Shown here: piece after piece, positions 63,056 through 64,000 of the stretch | Layout: the number at the start of each line of letters is the position of its first letter | Position numbering within the stretch: position 1 is the stretch's first letter | Assembly: GCA_004022145.1 (NCBI GenBank) | Contig: RCNU01000002.1 | Source: Paecilomyces variotii | Taxonomy: Eukaryota | Direction: 5' to 3' (one strand) | Length of the DNA: 64,000 nucleotides | The notes under the pieces: generated by a model | What the model saw: the letters and a program-made list of their open reading frames with translations, nothing else | Database searches by the model: none | What the model was told of the DNA's origin: nothing | Position numbers and translations under genes: made by a program

Positions 63056-63542
63056 ATTTCTTTTGTTCCTTTTTACCTTTTCTTCCCGGCGTTTTTTCAC
63101 TGTTTTCCTTTTTAACTTTTGCAGCACCACATGTACAACACAACACAGATAAGAGCGTTCGTTGTTAGTTTCTTTCTTTTTACTACTGGGTCTCAACCCC
63201 AGCACCGGATAGATATATAAAAGAGGTACGATAGAAGACCATATCTAATTCTTAATCAATTTCTTTGTTCTTACAGCTACATGCAACTCGATGTCACACA
63301 TGCCCAGAAAGGTTAGAAAGAAAAAGTCTCGAATAGAAGGAGCTGGAACCGCAAAAGCAGAAACAATAAAGGGCTGTCTTTCTCGACTGGTCCCGAAGGA
63401 GAGGAAAGATGATGTCCAAACACACAAGGGTATGGTTCCATTCACAGGAAGTATAAGACACACCAAGCCATTTGGGGGGGAATATGGGAACAGCGAATGG
63501 CCAGAAATATTCTTCAAAATTACGCAATCATCATCACTCCGA

Positions 63543-64000
63543 TTAGTATTCGACACCCTCCTCGTCTTCCTCGGGACCGAGGTTGTCGCTCGCGACCTCC
63601 TCGTAGTCCTTCTCGAGGGCGGCCAGATCCTCGCGGGCCTCCGAGAACTCACCTTCCTCCATACCCTCACCGACGTACCAGTGGACGAAGGCACGCTTGG
63701 AGTACATGAGGTCGAACTTGTGGTCGAGACGGTTCCAGGCCTCGGAAATGGCGGTCGTGTTGGACAGCATGCTGACGGAGCGGTCGACAGGCGCCAGCTC
63801 ACTGTCGGGGACACGCATGGGCTTCTGGTAGTTAATACCGATCTTGAAACCAGTCGGGCACCACTCAACCAGGTTGAAGGACGCCCTGGCCTTGACGGAG
63901 GCAATGGCCGCGGTGCAGTCACGGGTGACAACGTCACCACGGTACAGCAGAGCCACGGCCATGTACTTGCCGTTGCGGGGGTCGCAGACAACCATCTGGT
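63543..64000 (-). CDS. Alpha-tubulin (tubB/alpha-2-like), C-terminal part
   Basis: [53 protein letters not shown], acidic tail ending VEY. Confidence 0.97.
   Translation of the reverse strand, partial: QMVVCDPRNGKYMAVALLYRGDVVTRDCTAAIASVKARASFNLVEWCPTGFKIGINYQKPMRVPDSELAPVDRSVSMLSNTTAISEAWNRLDHKFDLMYSKRAFVHWYVGEGMEEGEFSEAREDLAALEKDYEEVASDNLGPEEDEEGVEY

Noticed and set aside
63245-63991. 248-aa alternative-frame ORF over alpha-tubulin and similar shadow ORFs across GC-rich genes
   Set aside because: Expected by-product of codon bias in real genes on the same or opposite strand.

Overview
Intron-containing fungal DNA, most likely a Eurotiales (Aspergillus/Paecilomyces-like) ascomycete; this is inferred from gene content and GT-AG/CTRAC introns. 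A conserved housekeeping backbone (palC, NDUFB10, TAF7, TAF3-like, mnn10, Rad53/Chk2-type kinase, threonine aldolase, RNA exonuclease, Grx3/4, gamma-butyrobetaine dioxygenase-like, TPC1, alpha-tubulin) is interrupted by accessory patches. The most notable is ~23.2-30.4 kb. It holds a compact, apparently catalytically dead RNase III + dsRBD gene, followed by a 6.07 kb segment bounded by TGTTC direct repeats. That segment is built as two head-to-tail cassettes (A-cargo-B, A-cargo-B) carrying a lone copia-type gag, a chymotrypsin-fold Ser protease and a convergent 3C-like (GSCGS) Cys-protease fragment. Smaller patches at ~33.4-36.2 kb (pseudokinase) and ~39.6-43.7 kb (fused, decayed PD-(D/E)XK fragments) are also accessory, and the latter shares short sequences with the first island. 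A P450 pseudogene, a PTH11-like receptor, an FAD oxidase and an SDR lie at 12.5-20 kb. All family calls come from motif recognition by eye; no searches were run.
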